A stretch of 64,000 nt of DNA from Podarcis filfolensis (Eukaryota), in the NCBI GenBank assembly GCA_964270895.1, contig OZ185435.1. The stretch is one strand, 5' to 3'. This document shows, piece after piece, positions 47,456 to 61,183 of this stretch (positions within the stretch are counted from its first letter, which is position 1; every line of letters begins with the position of its first letter). A program made the translations under genes and the position numbers. Under the pieces are notes generated by a model, which saw only the letters and a list, made by a program, of their open reading frames with translations, did not search any database and was not told the DNA's origin.

Positions 47456-50379
47456 AAGTGTGACTGAACTGTAAAATGTAGATAACTGTCAATAGTGCTT
47501 CTCATGCCTGAAGTTCTAATATTGATCTGCCGCAGTTAAGACTTCTATGCAGGAAGAAGCATATTCCTGAACAAAAAATGGCCACCGTGAAACTGCTGCC
47601 TCTGTAACTGCCATTTTTATAAATGACCAATGTACAACCTCTTATTTCATACAGTTTTCAGATGTCAGCTTTGACTTACTTACTTATATTGATCTGTCAT
47701 AATTCATGTCCATTTGAACTGTCATAGATACCATACTGGATTGTTATATGACTTAAATGAGAAAATATGCAGTGGGCGTGGTTAAAATTGGTGTTTCTAG
47801 TTTAAATAACAAGGAATTGTGGGAGAAGGTAAGATGATGATGTAAATCCATTAAACAACCAATGGAATGGAGAATTGATGCCTTTTGGATTCTACAGGAG
47901 CTCTTTTGTTTATCAACAATGCACGTTAACGTTTAAGCGCTTTAGGGGCTGCTCACCAGAATGAAGTGCATAAAAGGACAACCCAAGGCTAACTTTAAAC
48001 ACAGATTCGTGCAACTCTGAAGTGTTTGGGTAATGTAGGCTGCTGATACTGCAGGATGTTGCTGGCAAACTTTAATTCAAATTTGGTTAGACCACTTGGT
48101 TCTTTCTGTGTTCTCTCCAAAAGCAAGAGTTCTTAACTGTATCAGAAGCAGGCATGGTATTGTCACTAGAAGGTATCTTCCCCAGGCTGGCACGTTGAAT
48201 ATGGATTTAAAAATCCATCTCCCAACTTGGTTTCCAAAGCCATACTTCCTACTACTGTTCGGTTACGTTACTTTCTAGTTACCCAATTCCTTTGATTCCT
48301 GTCCATTTGCCTCTGTGCACCAAAGTGGCTTTAAATCTGGCAGTGACCCCCCTCCCCCAAGCTTTACGAAAACACAGAATGAAAAGGGGAGGGGGTAGAG
48401 CTGTCCTTGCTGAAGAGTTATATGACCGCTACCTTCGGGTACAGAGTCTGTGTCACAGCAAGATCATAATCATTTGAAGCCCAGCGTCTAATCTGACTTT
48501 CAGCATATAGCTTTCCCCAGGAAAAGCATTTGAAGATTCTCTGCACTGGCTCCAGTTTAATTTTTGAATGGATCACCCCTAATTTTGGCCCTTGGGGAAC
48601 TTAGCTTCCAAACTTGACGAGAGAGACAAGCTCCTCAGTGGGTACGGCAGTTTCTGCTAAATTAGCAACCGTAACCATATCTTGGTGTGTGATCCTACTT
48701 GCAGAGAGTATATACCTTGAACATATGAAGGGTATTGCTCCTTGAAGTTTGCTATATTCAGGGTACCAGTATGGTACCCCCCAGATTTCATTTGATTCCT
48801 ACCTCCATCAGCCCAAGCCAGCCTGGCTGATGGTTGGCGATGATGGAATAAGTAGCACAGCAACATCTGGAGGCACCATGTTAGGTACCCCTGGCAATAG
48901 ACCTTGTAGAAGTGACATGCAATGCACTAGAGCACGGTGCCCCAATTACTGCCAAATGCTTTTTCGTGTCTCATTGATAGAAGCAGAGTATGTTGCAAAA
49001 GGGAAAGTGGATATATTTGAGAAGAAGTCTGGAAGAATTTACATTACATCAATAAGATTATGCAGTCTTAATTTCTGTAAAGAGATTGAGTGGTGTCCAG
49101 TGAAGTTTTCCAACAGAAGTAATACATCAGATGAATGGGAGGCAGGCAAATTTTGGCGATTCTGCCTCCCCCTGCACCCCCTAAATGCGTTTCATAGGGC
49201 TCCCCATTGTTAACCAGTCTTGAATGGAATAGCTTGTTTTTATTGCGCCGAAAGAGAGCAGCCTTTTTTGTTTGTCAGGTAGCTTTGGCTCTCACTGTCT
49301 CAATATTTGTTGCAGTGTGTTATGCAAGGTACCGGTTTCCTCCCTGAGTATTTGCATAGAAGCAATGTTGTTTCAACTTCGTCTGCTTGCCCAAGAAAAA
49401 TACTTGAATCGTTCTAAGAACCTTTTCCTGTCTTGATGTGCCAAGCATTCGAAAAGAAAAGGTTTATATTGATCATAGTTGGATTTCTTTTTGATAGTTT
49501 CCTTGTACAACCTTTCTGATACGGTCAATTTTCTTTAAAAGCAAACTAGGGAATGATCCTGTCTCCCTTCTGTGGATGGTAGATGAACCCTTTCAATCAC
49601 TCCGATGTATGTGCAAACAAAAAGGAAAAAATATAGAGAGCAGCTGGATTCCCTCCTTAGACTTAAGGATGGTACCTTAAGAGATTCAAGATGTATTATG
49701 CCCTACTTATTATATTTGATAGAGAAATAGCTACCTTTTCATTCTATCGAGTAAATGATTACTTGAAAGGGATGCCTACATAATAACCATGGAAAGTTGG
49801 GCCAGTGAAAATTTATTGATCTGCATATAGTAAGTGTGAGACCTACAGAAAACCTGGCTTCAGTTATTCTACAATGTCTCTGCTAAGCTTCTTTTCTTTC
49901 CTACGTGTGACTGAGATATGCATGTAATAGATTTTGTTGAAGCTGATCAATGTCATTTTATAAGAAAACCATTTATTACAGTGTTGATAGTTTCTGTTTC
50001 CCAAGCCCCACAAAGCCAAGATATATTTGATCCCTGAATATATCTGTATACTTGGGGCATAGCAGCTCAGATGTCAGCTGCACCCCAAGGCACTAAATAT
50101 ATTTTGATTCTTCCCTGGTTGGGAAATTTAGGGGAGAAATACATATTACATAGGAATGATCTACACTATAATAAATGAAAGTCTGTTCTTATTTGGGTTT
50201 AAAGCAAACCCTTCTCCAGAGCCCTGCACTATCTAGAAACAGATGAAACAATACCAAAAATACCCACAAGGGAATAATAGAACACACAGGCTTCAAGTAG
50301 TGATCTTTTTCAAACTCTTTACTGCTTCAGAGCTGAAATGGGCTACTTCTAGCTTTAACAGAATTAGATAATTGGGGAT

Positions 50380-50470
50380 CTTACAGCTGTTGCTGGGATC
50401 CAGCTTCTTTCAGCCCCAGCCAGCATGGTCAGGGATGTGGGAGTTGTAGCCCATAATATTTGCTGGATGG
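50380..50470. mobile_element. Degenerate hAT MITE remnant
   Basis: CAGCCCCAGCCAGCATGGTCAGGGATGTGGGAGTTGTAG core shared with the other copies. Confidence 0.55.
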
Positions 50471-53400
50471 TGGTGGTGGTTGTTATTATTACTATTACTA
50501 TTATTATTATTTAAAGTTATTAAAGGAAGCAAAATGGAGCTACAATAATATTTTAACACCCTAGGGTTCCACAGCTTAAACTGCTGTACTCGGGGAGAAG
50601 TGAATGGAGGCTGCACACAGTATTTAAGCTAGTTGGCTAAGCAGCTTGAAAAGTATCGAGTATGAGAAGTTCTTCATACTTAAATGCTCCTTGAACAGGC
50701 CTGTGGTGATGGGGACTGACTGATCAATACAAAAGTCTTCTGGGTGTCAAATTAGTCATGTAGTTCTCTGGACCCAGGCCCAAGTGTTTTAGATAATTTT
50801 GAAGGACATTTTTATATTGTCAAACAGCTTTGTGCTGACGGGAGTCACCATTTGTTAGCTTGAACAGATTAGAACTTGGAAAGAGTAAGAGAAGATAATT
50901 AGAATATCATTAAAATTTGCCAACCCTTGCTGAACTAGCACTGCTCAAAGTGTTCAATTTGCCTTTGAACATAGATGTTTCATTCTTAGTTACTTTTGGC
51001 TAATGGATCTATTACTGGCAGCTGGCTATAGGAGGAAAAATGAATCATTAAAGTTGGGCTTAGCAATGGCTGTTATTGTGTGTACTCCGCAAGCAAAAGT
51101 CCATAGCTCAGTTGCAAACGGCCCGCTCTAGATATGTTGTTGCCTGATAGAGCATCAAATGCCTCCTTTCAAGGTACATAGTACCCAAGGCCAGCCAAGT
51201 TATTTTGGCACCTGAGGAAGAAAATCCTTCAAGCACTTCTTCCTGGCAGTAAAAAGAATAAGCCGCAATTTCCTGCTCTTTAATGATACTCAAAATCAGG
51301 TACTTGAGGTGCATGCTTCACTTCCTCTAATGATCGGGCCAGCCCTGGAGAGAGTCCATGGTGTTTGTATACAGAAGATTCTAGATTCACTGGCAAGTAC
51401 CTGCTGTTAAAGGATTTAAACTGGATTTTAACAAGCAGAACTGGGAAAGAGCTGCTGTTAATCAGAACACTTGGACCAATGGACAACAGTCAGTCATATT
51501 TTGTAATTTCCCCCCATACTTAATCCATCTTATGCAGAGTTTAGAATATGATGGTCTCTCTTTTCGTTGCTTTATTTTAAAAGGACACACTTCCGGCATT
51601 TATAGTTTCATAGATAGTTTTGAATGGGTACATGCCATAGAAGTTCTAAGAAGCCACAATGCTGGATGAATAAGATCTTCGTGCCTGGCAGAAGCAGAAC
51701 ATATTATGCAAATCCAGCAAATAGATGTAATTTCTTCATAATCATACAGGTCACAGAATTCAGCTTCTCTTGGTCCAGAGCTCTTGAGTCAGGCTAGCTG
51801 CTCGCAGCCAGCCAATTAGAACTTGCTCGTTCAGAGGCTGTATACTAGTGCTTAAAGAAATTGTTGGGAAAGTTACACACCTCTGACAATTTTTCAAGTT
51901 ATGCATGGGGGGGGGGGAGATCTGTTTCCCCATCCAAACACACTTTTGCATTAGGGATATATGTTTGAGTACACTTCCATATCCAAAAATACATGTATTT
52001 GCTCTGCACTACGTTTTTTCAGTGGGATGCATGTGCAGTCACACCATAGGAAATCATGGGTCCAGCTGCCTTGGAAATGGGGACATGTTCCCCTTCTCTC
52101 CTCCCCTGCCCCCCAGCAGTGACAGATGAGAAGAAATGGTGGCTGTGAAGAGCTATGGAAATGTGCAGAAATGAAAACTGGAGGCATGAACCATGGGGAC
52201 TTTGGCAGTGAAAAGTGATCCTCACCAATTCAGCTGAGAGCACCACTACCTACATCTGTCTACTAAGTCAAATTTTGTTGTCAAACTCTGATTATGAACA
52301 CCTGGGTTAACAGTAAATCATTGATGTTGGATGATATTCATCATTTGGACCTGTGGCCTAACCAAGTAAAGCAATTTGTTTATTAATATTGACATGTATG
52401 AGAAACGTAAAGAATATAGTGACCATACAGATATCAGCCACAGAACAGACCGTGTTTTTTAGCTACGTTGATTAAGGGTTGTCCATTAGCCTTTATTTTG
52501 CCTATTGAATCCGACTTTGGGGCCGTCACTCCTATGACAAGGCAAGTTTATGCAGATGGTTTAGATCTGACTTCACATTTTTTTTTGCTACTTTCTCCTG
52601 TCTCTTGTTTCTAGCTAATGCTATACTCTTTATTCAGAGTGGTGTTTTCTCAAAGGCTCCTTTCCCATTTTGAAATCAGCAGTTTTACACCTTTCTCGCT
52701 GGGACATAACTTTGGTGTGGGGTATGCTAGACTATGTTGTGCATAATATGAAATATAATATGAAAAGTGTGTGCCTACCGAAACAGTGGTTAGGCTACTG
52801 GGCTTAAAATGAAGACACTGTGAATTATACCCTAGTGCACCCGGAAGAGCTATGTCTGTCTTTCTGTGCTGCTACCTGAAATGTCATCTTGAATAAACTT
52901 GGTTTAGACATTTTTAAGAGATGAAAATATCAGGCCAGGTTCTGGTCTGGGTAGCTTGTGTTCTCCAAAGCAGGGCACTTTTGTCCAACCTGATTTCAAG
53001 AGCAGGGAGTATACTTCTCTTTCATAGCGCTTTCTCAGTATTTGGGTCAGACCCCAAAAGAGCTCCTGTAGATTCTGAAGACTTAATTCTACATTACAAT
53101 TAATAATAATAATAATGATTTGTACCCCGCCCATCTGGTTGATCCAACCTGAATTTCACAATATTCAGGTAAGAAAAATACCTGCAAACCAAGTATTCAA
53201 AATGAGGGATTTCCTCCATGCATACTTAAAGTGGAACAACGGTATTTAAGAAACAAAACTAAAAAAACAAGCACCCAAGTTAGGTGTAGATGCCAGTGTA
53301 TCTGTTAGGGGAGGGGTGTAACACAGAAATGTTCAGAACCGTATCTCTAAAGCCAGCTTTGCTAGCCTTGCTGATCAGTTTCTGATTGGAGAAACGGTTG

Positions 53401-54366
53401 CTTAGTGAGCTGCAAATTAAATATGAAATGAGCATTTCCCATTGTTTAAAACTCAGTTTTAAAAAATGCTAATTGGAAACGTGAGAGTTCACTGCAAGCG
53501 CAACCACTAGCTGCAGTTGCTTGTTAGTGATCCGTTTGTGGGTTTCATTAGAGGTGAAATGATTTCCTATTAAAGGGTTGCTTCCCTGCGATGTCTATGT
53601 CTGACATAGCAACATTGGTTCTGTTGGCTGGGCAGATCCACAGGCTGGGCAGGGTCCATTATGTCATATGAAAAAGCAGGGTAATTTTTCCCCCCAATCA
53701 GCAGTTCTGCATCCAAGAAACAATAGGCTGCAGCATCTTTCCTTGGCATAGATACAGTGGTTGAGAGGGGCTGTAGCTTGCACTTTGAAACATCTGGCTG
53801 AAGAGCCCCTCACGAATACCTGTGTCTTATGGTTGCAAGGTGCATACAGCAGGGAGAGATACATGTTGATCGTAACCTCCTGGTAAAAGACTTGTGGCAC
53901 AAATGTGCCCTGTAGCTCACTGACTTTATGTTTTTAATAGGATAGCTTAAGTTTTGTAAGACATGAGCTAAAATCTAATCGTACTACGGTCATAATCAAG
54001 ATTCCTGGGGCCTATTAAAAATGAATACATACTGTGGTATAAGCTTCTGTGGACTAAAACCCACTTCGTCAAGTTTTATTATTTTAAAGCAGCAACCATA
54101 TTCCTTGCTTGCTGGAATATATTACAGCTGCTACACCCCTGGAATTCTAATTATGATCTACATCTTATAAGTTACTTTGAACTAAACTGCTACATAAAGA
54201 GCGAAATCGTTCATGTTAAGACGTTCGAACAATGTGATCTATCACTTTGAAGTCATAATATGCAAATGCCACTGTGCACTGAAAGTCTACAGATATATAT
54301 AGAACTGTTTAGAAAACTAAATGCTGGGTTCTCTTGCTGGATTAATGCAAATTGCTTTGTTTGCAG

Positions 54367-54420
54367 GGTTTATTGCCATCCCAAAACCAGGCCAATTCTC
54401 CAAGTGGAACTGTAGTATAG
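54367..54420 (+). CDS. WDR20: WDR20 alternative last coding exon (GLLPSQNQANSPSGTVV*, 588-aa isoform)
   Basis: Acceptor TTTGTTTGCAG|GGT in phase 0 with the exon 3 donor; matches the recalled mammalian alternative C-terminus GLLSSQNQANSPSGTVV. Confidence 0.92.
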   Translation, partial: GLLPSQNQANSPSGTVV

Positions 54421-55011
54421 CCATCACATTTCTGCTAGCAAATCTTTGAACACAGAACAAGAAGTAATGGCAATGGAACCAGGAGCTGCTGTTCAGCCAG
54501 GGAGCACCACAAATTCTTAAAGGCAGAGTGTAAACTTGGAGTTATGTGAATCACATAGTGTTTTACAAAAATAATAATGTAATGAATTCTTTTTACAGCT
54601 AATATTTAGGCTGATGGCCGAAAGAAGGATTTTGCTAAAAAATACTTCTTTTGGTGTTGCAGTTAAAAATAGTATAACTTTTCCAGTTTCTCTGTAAAAC
54701 AAAATGTTTGTTAAATCTGAGTAAGTTTAATGGTTATATAAATTAGAACTTCATTGTTGGGTTTTTTTGCACTGATTTTTTTATCCAGCAATGGTTAGTC
54801 TAGAATGCTCTCATGGGAAATGAAAGTCATTACTTTCTGGCTTCATAAATGTAATTCAGGAAGATGGATGCTGCAATCATAGAGGTTCCCCCCTCCCCCC
54901 AAAAAAGATTGTTTGCACTTAAATAGCTTAATGCTAATAGAAAATTACTTTTAAATGGGTGTTTGGACACCCTCTAAAGCTATGTTATGGGGAAAGAGAT
55001 CCTTTGTATCT

Positions 55012-55017
55012 ATTAAA
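55012..55017 (+). terminator. Candidate polyadenylation signal for the exon-4 isoform
   Basis: ATTAAA about 590 nt after the stop, followed by a U-rich tract. Confidence 0.45.
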
Positions 55018-55689
55018 CATTTTATTTTAATAATGTTTTGAGCTACAATCAATCTGTATTATATGTGTAAATAATGTAATTCAGTGATCGGGGGAGAAAT
55101 GAGTCATTACACTAGTAATTTTCATTTAGGAAAGTGATATTTCTAATTCAGAAAATACATATTAAACTATCTTGAATATGCAGTTTTGTTTATGTTCTGT
55201 TTAAATTAAATCAACTGTGATGTAATCTTTTTTGAATGTAGTATTGGCGTGGACATGCAGGGCATATTCATTTTGGAAACACTCAGGTTGGATTCACTAC
55301 CCATTTAACCAAGCTTGCCCTTTGTTATAAGACATAATAATTCCCCACTATATTCTAAACACTACATCAATTCTTAAAATTAGTCTAATTTTCTAATCAA
55401 GGTTAGCCACTTAACAGTAGGACTATCCATTTTTATATATTAGAAATGCAATGTAGCATATTTTAAGGCTAGCATAATTTTAAATGTTGATTTAAAATTC
55501 AGTGTAAGAGCAATACAGTGAAATAGGTTGATACAATAGAATAATGTGTCAGACTATACAGTTTATTTTCCAGAAAAAGACATGTCTTCTGTTGGAGGAG
55601 AGATTTGACAGCCTACAAAGTCTAACTGCTGCTTAGTTAGTATTAAACTGATTTTGAACAGTATAAAGACACTAGATTTCAATTCAGTT

Positions 55690-55922
55690 CTTCACTGGTA
55701 GTGGTTCCCACCCTGTGGAACGCCCTCCCATCAGATGTCAAAGGAATAAACAAATATGACGTTTAGAAGACACCTGAAGGCAGCCCAGTTTAGGGAGGTT
55801 TTTTAATGTTTGATGTTTTAATGTATTTTTAATCTCCTGTTGGAATCCGCCCAGGGTGGCTGCGGAAACCCAGTCCGATGGGCGGGGTATAAGTAATAGA
55901 TTATTGCTATTGTTATTAATAT
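55690..55922 (+). mobile_element. L2-type 3' end fragment
   Basis: CCCTGTGGAACGCCCTCCC..CACCTGAAGGCAGCCC..CCGCCCAGGGTGGCTG..GGGCGGGGTATAAGTAAT plus AT-rich tail. Confidence 0.75.
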
Positions 55923-58900
55923 TCATTGAAGAAAATGCTGTCTGCTTGATACCAGGATCTATGAGGGCTGGGTATTATTTTCCTGATAGTGAAAGCCTCA
56001 CCTTTTTAACTTTTTGAGTTAAACTTTTTGAGTTAAAGTAGTCTTCTTATTCCCCCCCCCCCAACATATCTAGTAACATGACAAGTTTTAATGCCTCCTC
56101 ACAAAAACAAAAACAAAATCTGGTCCCCAAACATAACATATTTAGGCATATTCACCTGTGTTTAAAAGCTCTGGTCTTCAAAGATAGCTTTTTATATATT
56201 TGGATGGGTGTGAGCAGGCAGGCAGCTAGCTACTCATATTGCCTGTTACATTCAAAACTCTGCAGCTAGATCTAAATCTGTCAGACCATGCTTCTCAAAG
56301 TGGTGCGAATCACTTTTTTGAACAGCATGTTTCAAAATCGGATCATGGAGCCCTGGGCTCCCTCAGGAGGAATTACAGGCTATATAAACGAATAGGGGAA
56401 ACCCTTCCGCTTTTCCAAAGGACTGCTCTGGCATGTAATCAAGACAAGTATTAATTAGTTTGAAAGAGGGTAACAGCAGCACTAAGACACTCAAAAATGT
56501 TTCAAAGCCTCCCTGCCTTTCTTGTTCATTTGTGGTGGTCTGAAAAGGGAAGAAGAAGAAGAAAACAGATTCCCTACCTGGTGACTTGCATAGGCTCTTA
56601 TTTGTACAGGGAAGTATTTGCAGTCTTAACCTTTTAAATATATGCAAGTATTTGCAAAGCCCGGTAGAAAGGAGAGTTGCACTGGCAGCCTCACCTGGTA
56701 CTTCCTCCACATTGGTTAGTATATGTGTATACAATTTCACTTAAATATAAGAGCAAGAAACACTTGAGTAGTAACTTCATGACCTGTTCACCAGAGCGCT
56801 GCTCCTCCGATGTGACTAATGCTGCACTCATAATCATGTCTACTCAGAAGTCTCTCATTGAATTAAATAGGGCTTACTCCCAGGTAAGTAGAATTTGGAT
56901 TAAAACCTGAATCACGAAGAGGCAGAACTATAATGAACAAGTTACTTCTATGGCGGGATTCAAGTTCAAATGCAAGTTGGGAGCATAGCTTTACTTCAGA
57001 ATGCATGAAACCCATGTGGCTTGACAGTTGCGAGTTTCTTCCCTTAGAGGGCTGTGCAAGAAGTCTCTGCCCCTCCCAGCTGGTGGTAGTTGTCATATGA
57101 CAGCTCTGGAGGCTTCAATAGAACAGCTGTGACAAAACAGACTCCCAAGGGAGAAAAGCTGAATTGAGACCAGCAAAAAGTGGGCAAACTTGCGTATTTT
57201 TGCTTGCTTTGGATGAATGACATTTCGCTTCTGCTAGTTGTGGGTCAGGTCAAGCAGCTTTGAGGGGTTCTGAAGCCCCATCCCTTGACTCGGAACTTGC
57301 ATGCAGCTCCCTCTCTGGCTTGTGAGATTAGACCACATCAGCTGTATGAGTTACAAACTTCAAATCAAAAAGAGCCAGCGTTGATTTCAAAGGTGAAAAC
57401 TGACATTTCCCACTTGCATGTAAACACTAAAACAACAGAACAATCCAGTCCTTGGCTACCTTTTGTGCCTTTCAAGGGTTCTGGTGTGACCTCCCCCCCC
57501 CCCCCCCGGCTACTTATGTTATATTACCTTGATGATGCAGGAAGAAAGCATGCCAGAACTGACGTGTAGAGAATGTGTCTGCACTGCACTCTTAACTTAC
57601 TTGCCAATGGGTACCTAGAAGCAGCACGTCTTCTGAGCTGCCTCTGCTCTTCCCAAAAGCACCTGCCAGGTAAGTCCACCTCAGAAGTGGGGTGGAATGG
57701 GATAAATCCCAGAACCAGTTTACGATGCCATGCAAAAATCAGTGTGGGTGGGAGGTACTGAGATTAATAGCCTTTCATGAATTTGGCATGTAAACTAATC
57801 AGCACAGTATTTAGGATCCTTTGCTGCACTTCCCCCAGCAGTGGATGTCTGTAATTTTTTTAAAAAATAGGAACCTGCTCCATGAATTAGCACTTAACTT
57901 TCTGGATCTGAATGAAGTCAATACACTTGAGAAATGCTTGTGCTTGAAGATGCTTAAAGATACTTTTCACTTGTGCTGGTAGCAAGATTGGAAGCTTTTG
58001 CCATTCAATAGGTACTTGGATGAAACTGCAATATTGTTCAAGAGTTCTTGCCCTCGTACATGGAAGAAATGCAACCTTTTAGCAGTATAGAAGCTACATG
58101 GCTATGTTCTGGTTCATGCTTCCCTTGAATACATCTGTGGCTTTTCTGGAGGGAAAATCCATTTACCGTACAACTTTCATTATTTAAGGTAAGGTCAGGT
58201 CTCACTTATTTTTGTACTATCTACCTATCCGCTAGCATTACTGATTAAAAAAAACCCCATTGTATCATTGACTTCCTTTCTAGGATAGGTGTTCACCTCT
58301 ATTTTGGGGGATCTGATGCTTTGGATGATGGTCATAAATTTATTTATACAATTAGTTGTACCAGTAATACACAAACTACTTTCCTTGTTAGAGAGAGGTT
58401 GTTATAGAAGTGGATTTCATTTCAAAAGGGTAGTATATAATAAACCTTGAGAGTACCATTTCAAAACCTGGTATTTTAATAAAACGGCATTTTTATTTTT
58501 CATTTAAACGGTCATTCTGAAAGCAACTTAAGAATCTTCTTGTTCCTGGCAGAGACAAGGCCCCTCTCCCACAAAATATACTTTCAGATATTATTGGCTC
58601 TTCTAGCACAAATGCACAATGTGTTCTTTGAAGTGAAATTGTATTGAGCATGTGACAAATCGCATTTTAACTGATAAAACTTGCCCATGCTGTTTAAGCT
58701 TCCGTGCTACAGGAATATGTTGGGAGAGCAACAGCAAGACTAACTTGATCTTACGAACGACGCATGCAGAGAAAATCTGCCCATTTACATAATTTGGAAA
58801 ATAAACCTTTACACAAGATTGCACTCAAATCAGATGTAACATACTCCAGAAGACACTAAGTAGACTCGGGTTTTGAAACTACCAAACACCTTCCCCGCTG

Positions 58901-59277
58901 CTTCAATCTATATCTCCACAGTCACATTTACAAAAATACACAAATTCAGTTTCAACACACCTTAAATAAGAACTACTGTATCGTGTTTAATATAAAAGTA
59001 GTAACAATTCCATTCCTACCAGAGCAGCACAATTGGAACAAATGTACGACCCACTTAAGAGGAAATAAAATTGTACATCGGGAGCTTAAAAAAAAAAATG
59101 AGTCTGAGTTATGAAAACGGTGCTCACGTAGAAAGGCTCCTTTTCCTTTTTTTTTTAAAGTTAAGCACAAAAATAATAATATTGTAGCATCTTGCTGCAG
59201 CATTTGAGAAGATAAGGCACTATTGCTGTTAGTGTACCTTTCAAAAGTATTGGCGAGCACAAGGGATTCTTAGTCCA

Positions 59278-59355
59278 TCAGTAACCACCTCTTCTTCCCA
59301 GAGCAGGCAAGTGGTAGTGTTTCACAGGAGATTTAAATTCCTTCTGTCTTTCAGA
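59278..59355 (-). CDS. MOK: MOK protein kinase, last coding exon (SERQKEFKSPVKHYHLPALGRRGGY*)
   Basis: Acceptor CCAACAG|TCT; 78 nt; resembles the recalled human end TDPQKDLKPAPQQCRLPTIVRKGGR*. Confidence 0.85.
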   Translation of the reverse strand, partial: SERQKEFKSPVKHYHLPALGRRGGY

Positions 59356-59438
59356 CTGTTGGTGAGACAACACAAGTTAAAATGGGCTGTTAATTACTTG
59401 TCTAAAATTGTACAATCTGAGAAGCAAGGCAGAATTAC

Positions 59439-59642
59439 CTTGCAGTGTGTCCCAAAATATGTTATGGGCTGCAACACTTGGACTTGCCCGTTGGTTGCTG
59501 GGAGAGGAAAAACTGACTGAAATGGAGGATTAGGGTAAGAAGTCAAGTTGGTTACTTCAGGAACAGCCAGTTTGGGCAACTCCACTGTATAGGGAAATCC
59601 ACGACGTCCCAGTGGATTCTCCTGGGCTCTCCTAAGAAAGTT
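59439..59642 (-). CDS. MOK: MOK exon (human exon 11 equivalent; NFLRRAQENPLGRRGFPYTVELPKL...GTHCK)
   Basis: Acceptor TTTTAAAAG|AAC, donor AAG|GTAATT, 204 nt, phase 0/0; ELPKL and TNG motifs match MOK. Confidence 0.85.
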
Positions 59643-61183
59643 CTTTTAAAATAAAAATAAAAGTTCAATTTTTTAAAAAAATCAGTATGTTTTGTGTAGG
59701 CTAAATGTTAAGTGTTTTGATGACCTGTGTTGGTCTGGTTGACATTGTTGCTGTGGTGGTCTAACCATGTATACAGACTTACAACCAAAATGGTTCTTCC
59801 CAAGTAGTGCTGCTTGTTTTCTGTGATCGCACCTTCAGAAAGAAACACATAGATGGATGTACTTTAAAGGTATTCGGATTAGTGTAGGAGCAAACGTAGA
59901 TAATGGTAACTACACCAATACTGGTATCCAAACACTACTGAAGAAAAGCTGGAGCATATTGGAAGGTGGATATTTACCAGGAAAATAGATTTTTTGCTGC
60001 TCTAATTTTGAGAGAACCAAGAATTTCAACTGTGCCACAAGCTGAGGCCTGATCAAACTTGCTCTGTTAGTAGCATGAGATTAATTTCTAATTTCTAAAA
60101 CTACTCCCTAGAACAGCTATTGGAATACCTTCTAAATAAGACAAAACATTGGTTAGATCTGACATAGAATTTGATAAGGTGTTGGCAACTTAAACCTGGT
60201 GCCTTCAGAATTCTATGGTGGGAAGGAAGCTTAGTGTAGTGGTTTCAAAAGGTAAGATCTGTTGTTCATCGGGCACATTTCATCCTGCCCCCTCCCCTTG
60301 CACAAGTGATCCAATAGATCCTGGAAAAGCTTTGTTAGAATAAGTGACCCTCTTTACCCTGCTTGGATTTCAGTTTGGTCAGCACAGAATCTTGCTTGGG
60401 TGCTGGCAAATGGGATACTGATAGCTCAAGTGACAACTTGCATCTGGTTCAGCCAGATTCTTCCGATTTCATAGTTCTATAATTAATGTACAATTTGCAG
60501 GGATGATTTAATAAGCCTGGATGCATCAGCAGTCATGCTCACAGGAACATCTCGAGAAAAGATGTGTAAATAACCTGTTCCAGCATAATTACATGTGCAT
60601 CTTCATAAGGTCACTAAAAGTTTTCTGAGCGCCAAATGCTATACTGTATGCTCCTCCAAGCTGTAAATCATAATATTCAGCACCCTGACATTAGCCTGGT
60701 AGTGACTGGCAACAAGAAATTCCATGCAGGCAGCTGAACAGGCTTGTAGAGAAGGGACAGAACATTTCCCCCATCCACTCCCAAACTAGAAACCAAACAG
60801 GCTGCCGGGAAGCCTCTCTGCAATTCCATATAAATGAAGCAGGTTCCTGCAAGAGGGACAGAGCCCTCTTTCCCCAGCCACCAACAAGCTAGTAAATATT
60901 TTTGCAGGCTAGTAGCTTTTGGGGGCTTATTTGCAAGGCTAGTATGCAGTATGTATGCAAAGCCTTCTCTAAAGCTACCTGTCTTGCTTAGATGGACATT
61001 GTTTGTTTAGACCAGAAATCCATACAGCCTTGGATCCTTTTGAGACAAAAATCCTAAAATACGTTTTGCCTATTGGACACTATTCATCATATCATCACAT
61101 TTGACACAGGGTTGTTCTGCTGGCAATTTTAAAATGACATTACTTAATTAGGTTTATTACTTATTCATTGATTTAAAGATTAC

